The notes under the pieces: generated by a model
Seen by the model: the letters and a program-made list of their open reading frames with translations, nothing else
What the model was told of the DNA's origin: nothing
The model's database searches: none
Made by a program: the position numbers and the translations under genes
In this document: piece by piece, positions 59,226 through 64,000 of the stretch
How positions within the stretch are numbered: position 1 is the stretch's first letter
How the letters are laid out: every line of letters begins with the position of its first letter
NCBI GenBank assembly: GCA_965216295.1
Contig: OZ244141.1
Location: 429,772-493,771, forward strand
DNA from: Minisyncoccota bacterium
GTDB lineage: Bacteria > Patescibacteriota > Minisyncoccia > Phycocordibacterales > JABAAK01
Direction: 5' to 3'
Length of the DNA: 64,000 nt

Positions 59226-59774
59226 ATGAAGGATCACGCGACAACCGACAGCATTCTCGTTGTAGAAAACATTCGAAGCACCTTTAATGTTGGTGGCCTG
59301 TTCCGTCTTGCCGATGCTGTCGGTATAGCAAAAATTATACTCGTTGGATACACACCACAACCAACTGACCGTTTTGGAAGAAACAATGAGAAACTTGCAA
59401 AGACAGCGCTTGGTGCAGAACAAACAATCCCCTGTGAGCACAGCGATGATGTGGTGGCAACACTCAGCGCTCTCAAGAAAACACACACTATCATTGCCAT
59501 TGAACAAGGATCCAGTGCTCTATGCTACACAAAACACCACTACCACAAGAGTGCTCCCAACGTTTTTATCGTTGGTAATGAAGTAGATGGAGTGAGTAAC
59601 CAAGCTCAAGCTTTAGCAGATGTACAGGTGTACATTCCTATGTACGGAGAGAAAGAATCACTCAATCTCACCACTGCTGCAGCTATTGTCTTGTATCACG
59701 CACGAATGGCTGAGCCACCTGTCGGATTCGAACCGACGACCTATCCCTTACAAAGGGATTGCTCTACCAACTGA
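59226..59774 (+). CDS. TrmH/SpoU family RNA methyltransferase
   Basis: NIRSTFNVG..FR.AD, GNEVDG, IPM.G.KESLN...A. Confidence 0.92.
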   Translation: MKDHATTDSILVVENIRSTFNVGGLFRLADAVGIAKIILVGYTPQPTDRFGRNNEKLAKTALGAEQTIPCEHSDDVVATLSALKKTHTIIAIEQGSSALCYTKHHYHKSAPNVFIVGNEVDGVSNQAQALADVQVYIPMYGEKESLNLTTAAAIVLYHARMAEPPVGFEPTTYPLQRDCSTN

Positions 59775-59785
59775 GCTAAGGTGGC
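59713..59785 (-). tRNA. tRNA-Thr(TGT)
   Basis: GCCACCT/AGGTGGC acceptor; ATCCC-TTTGTAA-GGGAT anticodon arm; GTCGG-TTCGAAT-CCGAC. Confidence 0.95.
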
Positions 59786-59816
59786 ATTGGATGGCAGTAT
59801 ATCGCACAGACACCAT

Positions 59817-60218
59817 TTACACCTCTTTGTGATTATTTTGTTTCTTGTCACTCTTTGTATACTTGAATAACTTACGGAGATATGGAGAGCGCTTACCATG
59901 TGCTGTGATGATATCACCATACCCACGTGCTCTTCCACCAGTCCTCATAATACATACCTTTCTCCAAACACGACTCAATGGAGCAGTAATGGAAGGATGC
60001 ACTATTTCATTATTGAAAGTGCGTAAGTATTTCAATAGTGGCGCAGATAGTTTCTCTTGCATTATCACAAGCGATTGCTTTCTGCGAAGTATAAAACTAT
60101 CACCGTACGAACGAAATCGTTCAAATGCCCGACGCCCTGTCATCATTTCAATAGACAACAGAAAGAGATAAGCGGTGAGCAATGAAAGGATTACAAAAAA
60201 GATAATAACGACCAACAT
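59817..60218 (-). CDS. Hypothetical membrane-anchored basic protein
   Basis: N-terminal TM from ATG 60218; follows tsf. Confidence 0.6.
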   Translation of the reverse strand: MLVVIIFFVILSLLTAYLFLLSIEMMTGRRAFERFRSYGDSFILRRKQSLVIMQEKLSAPLLKYLRTFNNEIVHPSITAPLSRVWRKVCIMRTGGRARGYGDIITAHGKRSPYLRKLFKYTKSDKKQNNHKEV

Positions 60219-60231
60219 ACTGTATAGAGTA

Positions 60232-60801
60232 TTATATCTCCCAAACGGTAAATCTGCCAATCTCAATTCTCTCTCCAAATTTGTGTATAGCACTTTCAAT
60301 AAGATCTTGAATTGTTTGCTTCTCATCTTTTACAAATGATTGTTCGAGGAGTGTGATCTCTCGAAGATATTCATCTACCTTCTTTTCTACATCAGCTGGT
60401 GTTCCATCTTTAGATGCTTCTTGTATTCTTGTAGTTATTTTCTGCAAACTTTCTTCGGAAATCTCATTACGAGAAACATGATGTGGTCGACAAGCAGCAA
60501 TGTGGAGTGCAATGTCATGAGCAAGTGTAATGAACTCTTCATTTCGTGCAACAAAATCTGTTTCACAAAACATCTCAACCATAGAACCTGTTGTCTTTGT
60601 GCTGTGTATGTATGATTGAATAACACCTGAGCCTAATGTGCGATGCGATTTCTTTGTTGCAACGTCTGCACCTCCCTGTCGTAGAACCTCACGCGCCTTC
60701 TCAATATCACCATCTGATGCCTTCAGTGCCTCCTGACATTTTGTAATAGAAAGTCCAGTCTCAGAACGAAGCTGTTTTATTTGATCAAAATTATTACTCA
60801 T
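60232..60801 (-). CDS. tsf: Elongation factor Ts (short form)
   Basis: IKQLRSETG....CQEAL, CETDFVARN, LLEQSFVKD, FGERIEIGRF. Confidence 0.96.
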   Translation of the reverse strand: MSNNFDQIKQLRSETGLSITKCQEALKASDGDIEKAREVLRQGGADVATKKSHRTLGSGVIQSYIHSTKTTGSMVEMFCETDFVARNEEFITLAHDIALHIAACRPHHVSRNEISEESLQKITTRIQEASKDGTPADVEKKVDEYLREITLLEQSFVKDEKQTIQDLIESAIHKFGERIEIGRFTVWEI

Positions 60802-60843
60802 ACTCTAAATATGTTCATCGCGCAGACATCTCGCCACACGGAG

Positions 60844-61530
60844 TTAGTTGGTAGTAGTAGCTCCTCGGTAACGTTGCTGTACCTTATCAAGAATGTATTG
60901 TATGTTTTTCAACGAATTAATGTTGGTGACAACGGGATAGTCAATAGTACTGATATCAACGCAGGCATTAACAAGACCGACGATTGGAATACCCACTTTG
61001 CGAGCTTCAGCAACGGCAATTTTTTCCCGCTGTGTGTTGACGACAAAGAGTACGTCAGGTAATTTTTCAAGTTGCAAGATACCTGAGAAGCGGGTCTCCA
61101 GTTTGCCTAACTCTCTTTGTAAGAGTACACCCTCTTTCTTTGTATATTTTTGCCATGCATTAATCTCTTTTTCTCCACGAAGTTTTTTTAATCTCTCAAC
61201 ACGTTTCTTGATGACATCAAAATTTGATAGTAACCCACCTACCCAACGACCAGTAACAAATGGCATACCAAGCGCTGTTGCTGTTTCTTCAACGAGTTTA
61301 AGAGACTCGTGTCTACTTGTTGCAAACAGTATGGTGCTTTTTTTCTTGCCACACTCTTGCATAAATGTGAGAAGGCCATCAAGCTGTTTTGCCAAAATGG
61401 TTAAGTCAAACACGCTTCGTGTCGTGCGCTGATCTACAGATATAAAAGGAATGGTGGATGGATGTCGATGCCGACGAGACAACGCATAGTGTGCCCCAAC
61501 GTGTTGTAACTCCTGTTCTGTTTCCTGCAT
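60844..61530 (-). CDS. rpsB: 30S ribosomal protein S2
   Basis: GAHY, RWVGGLLSNF, TKKE, LPDVLFVV, AVAEA...GIP, IDYP; adjacent to tsf. Confidence 0.94.
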   Translation of the reverse strand: MQETEQELQHVGAHYALSRRHRHPSTIPFISVDQRTTRSVFDLTILAKQLDGLLTFMQECGKKKSTILFATSRHESLKLVEETATALGMPFVTGRWVGGLLSNFDVIKKRVERLKKLRGEKEINAWQKYTKKEGVLLQRELGKLETRFSGILQLEKLPDVLFVVNTQREKIAVAEARKVGIPIVGLVNACVDISTIDYPVVTNINSLKNIQYILDKVQQRYRGATTTN

Positions 61531-61565
61531 TACTGAAACATACTACCACAAATAGACTCAATGGC

Positions 61566-61607
61566 AAAAAAAATCCGCTGCTGTAACAATTTGCTACAGC
61601 AACGGAT
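61566..61607 (-). terminator. Intrinsic terminator
   Basis: Minus strand ATCCGTTGCTGTAGCA..TGTTACAGCAGCGGAT plus T-tract. Confidence 0.82.
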
Positions 61608-61671
61608 AAATATGGTAACTCACGGTTCAACATGAGGTGGACAAGATAGTAGTCTAATCCCAACCATACAT

Positions 61672-62811
61672 TCAGCTACTTCTTCTTTGAGAACGATAAC
61701 CCTTTGCGTAATTCTCTACTTTACGAAGATATGTCCACGCAACTGGAGTTTTGTACGATCTACCAGCGTGATATCGCCTAATCGCCTCAGAACGGTCTTT
61801 TTGAAACCCAAGATCTTGTAAGTAAAGAGCGATAAATGCAAAGGCGTCCAAAAGAACCCACGGATTTGATTTAGAACGATCGTTCAAAGCGACAAGGTTA
61901 TGTTTCTTCAAAAGTTGCATGATTCTGTCACGACTAGAATCGTAATACCAAGGACCTATGGAGAAGTGTAACTTATTAATCGCTCTACGTGTCTTATAAT
62001 TTAATACACCATCTGCGTGTAATGAAAAAGATTTTTGAAACTTCTTCAATGCATTCTTTGTTGCTGGACCAAAACTATTCGTCTCGTTACCGGGACTACC
62101 GTTTTTAGATTGAGCAACAAGAAAACCAATTTGGTTTAAAAACCTCTGCAGGTTTTTCACCTCATCATGGTTATCATTCAGAGATAGGTTTCTCGTGAGA
62201 AGTACCGTGTCCATCTTACAACTTTCTGTAAGAGTATTGATAAATCCGCCGTAACAAACCCATGTTGATGGTAGTACCTGTGCAATACCCATAGCACCAC
62301 CCCAACCATTTCCGTTGTGTCTGGGTGAAACACCCACACTCTCTGGTTTTTTTTTCAGAATGCTTGCAGTAAGTTGTGGAAATATCCGCTGATCACGCAT
62401 TGGATGCATATGACCAATGTAATATTCATCACCAGTATTATTACCGAAGTTTGACTCAATTGCTATTGTACTGATTAAAATTGCATGATCAACGCCAGTT
62501 ATACGTTCTACGTACCTAGCATACTCATCAGCAACTTCTTCTATAACTATAACCTTGCCAGTTATATGTTCTACGTACCCAGCATACTCATCAACAACTC
62601 CTTCTGTAACTTTTACACGATTGTCGTCATCGTCATTCTTTAATTCATCACCTACCGCAAAAGAAGTGGTTGGTGTGGGTATAAAAAATAATGACAGAAC
62701 CATTGCAAACCCAAAACAGGCTACAACAACTCCTTTCAGTGTAAAATTCATCACTAAAAACTTTTTTTGTTCAGGCGGTGATGATATATCCTGATGCATA
62801 TTTTGTAACAT
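61672..62811 (-). CDS. Lytic transglycosylase (SLT_2/MltB-like) with inserted peptidoglycan-binding domain
   Basis: IESNFG.N.G, GGAMG.AQ.LPSTW, NPW...DA, A..YL...G, RYHAG; PGBD VKNLQRFLN...FGPATKNALKKFQ...DG. Confidence 0.85.
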   Translation of the reverse strand: MLQNMHQDISSPPEQKKFLVMNFTLKGVVVACFGFAMVLSLFFIPTPTTSFAVGDELKNDDDDNRVKVTEGVVDEYAGYVEHITGKVIVIEEVADEYARYVERITGVDHAILISTIAIESNFGNNTGDEYYIGHMHPMRDQRIFPQLTASILKKKPESVGVSPRHNGNGWGGAMGIAQVLPSTWVCYGGFINTLTESCKMDTVLLTRNLSLNDNHDEVKNLQRFLNQIGFLVAQSKNGSPGNETNSFGPATKNALKKFQKSFSLHADGVLNYKTRRAINKLHFSIGPWYYDSSRDRIMQLLKKHNLVALNDRSKSNPWVLLDAFAFIALYLQDLGFQKDRSEAIRRYHAGRSYKTPVAWTYLRKVENYAKGYRSQRRSS

Positions 62812-62968
62812 ACATGAAACCTCCTATATATAAAGAATCAAAAATCACATACCCTTCCCCACATCGCAAGCGAATAGAGAAAATGTACGCAACCTCATTA
62901 ATATAATAATATTTTTTTACGATTATGTCAACTAACCGTATTGTATTCCCTGAGTGCTCAAATGGTAT

Positions 62969-63011
62969 AAAAAAAGGCTCGCTTTCAATAGTAACCTACG
63001 AAAGCGAAACC
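62969..63011 (-). terminator. Intrinsic terminator
   Basis: TCGCTTTC/GAAAGCGA inverted repeat plus T7 on the minus strand. Confidence 0.75.
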
Positions 63012-63037
63012 ATAAGGATGATTACCTCACACCCATA

Positions 63038-63826
63038 TCATCCATGACATGAATTGAGCATATTCAACGTATTCAAATCAAGAACTCCGGAAAGATTATT
63101 GAGACCTATCCTTCTTTGAAACTGAATCAACGCTCCTTTTGTTTGAGGTCCAGCTATTCCATCAGCAGAAATATTCCTCCCTAAACATAAATTTAATGCT
63201 CGTTGCAACACAACCACCGATTCACTATAGGGACGGTGATTATCAAAACCATCAAATCTCAATGGACCACCAATATGAAGATTGCCGAGGTATATAATGT
63301 CTTTATTCAACAACATATTAGGAAAAATCCGGTGTTGTTCGACAAGTTTTCTAGCGTATCCTGTGTCTGTCCACATCAATGATGTCCACAGTGTTGCACA
63401 TTCCTCACTTCGAAAATTAAACGACATGTCTTCAAAAATGCAATAATCTATTGTATTCTTGTCATCATTTCGGTAGCGCTGAACAAAACCTGTAACAATC
63501 GTACGATACGAATCATTACAGTATTGACCAAGCACATAACGACAGATATCCTCTACCGCTATCTGATCATTCGGTTCAGTATTGAGTATATCCTCAACAG
63601 TGAGAATGAGAGATCTGTTACTAACCCATATGGGACGTGTTTGGTGTGCCTTCTCATCAGTATCTGAGAAAAGACCGATTAAATCAGTAGACACATCAAC
63701 ATTTCGAATAGACATTGCATATGAGAAAAACAAAACACCCATCATCATAATAATGATTTCTGGTGCGTTGTTAGAAAAAAAATTTCTCAATAGAGAGAAA
63801 TACTGATTTTTGTTTTTGAAAAGCAT
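63038..63826 (-). CDS. Membrane-anchored protein with C-terminal peptidoglycan-binding domain
   Basis: TM; VVVLQRALN...ADGIAGPQTKGALIQFQRRIGL..SGVLD..T; GGAGG SD. Confidence 0.8.
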   Translation of the reverse strand: MLFKNKNQYFSLLRNFFSNNAPEIIIMMMGVLFFSYAMSIRNVDVSTDLIGLFSDTDEKAHQTRPIWVSNRSLILTVEDILNTEPNDQIAVEDICRYVLGQYCNDSYRTIVTGFVQRYRNDDKNTIDYCIFEDMSFNFRSEECATLWTSLMWTDTGYARKLVEQHRIFPNMLLNKDIIYLGNLHIGGPLRFDGFDNHRPYSESVVVLQRALNLCLGRNISADGIAGPQTKGALIQFQRRIGLNNLSGVLDLNTLNMLNSCHG

Positions 63827-64000
63827 ACTACATTTCCTCCGCAGTGAGTAGTAAAAGAAAAATTTTCAAACACTAATATCTGAAAAAAATATTACAGAAA
63901 ACTTTTGTAAAAATCTTCCGTGCTGTATGCAGAGTGCCATGTTTTATGAATACGTCAATAACTATCATTGCAATTAATATATATAAGATAAGAAAGATAT

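Noticed and set aside
1-64000. Alternative genetic code (TGA=Gly, code 25)
   Set aside because: Conserved genes are full length under code 11 and several end in TGA with ATGA overlaps.

Overview
Chromosomal segment of a small-genome bacterium, most likely Patescibacteria/CPR (Parcubacteria-like). This is inferred from the short AlaS, PheS and EF-Ts, a PheT lacking its B2 domain, and CPR-type hypothetical proteins; TGA is used as a stop. Most of the window is minus-strand housekeeping: dnaG, rpoBC, alaS, mnmA, mltG, ychF, murE, uvrABC, rnhA, lysS, proS, tyrS, dnaX, dus, serS, pheST, tsf, rpsB and four tRNAs. The accessory zone at about 21.5-28.1 kb has an AT-rich island (C5 methylase, GHKL/MORC-like ATPase, ABC ATPase; both ATPases end in a HEPN-like RxxxxH motif) between divergent tRNA-Pro and tRNA-Ala, followed by an orphan shikimate-kinase-like gene. 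The most notable feature is a 1.7 kb stretch (26361-28037) with no credible ORF that resolves into seven tandem minus-strand units. Each has its own sigma70-type promoter, intrinsic terminator and a covarying 5'/3' closing stem around a variable interior, so it is a candidate array of an unrecognised structured ncRNA family. Other oddities: an NlpC/P60 peptidase domain inserted in PheT, a heavily substituted rifampicin pocket in RpoB, apparently leaderless housekeeping genes alongside SD-led stand-alone cassettes, and a tandem-hairpin 5' leader. All calls are by eye; no searches or folding programs were run.
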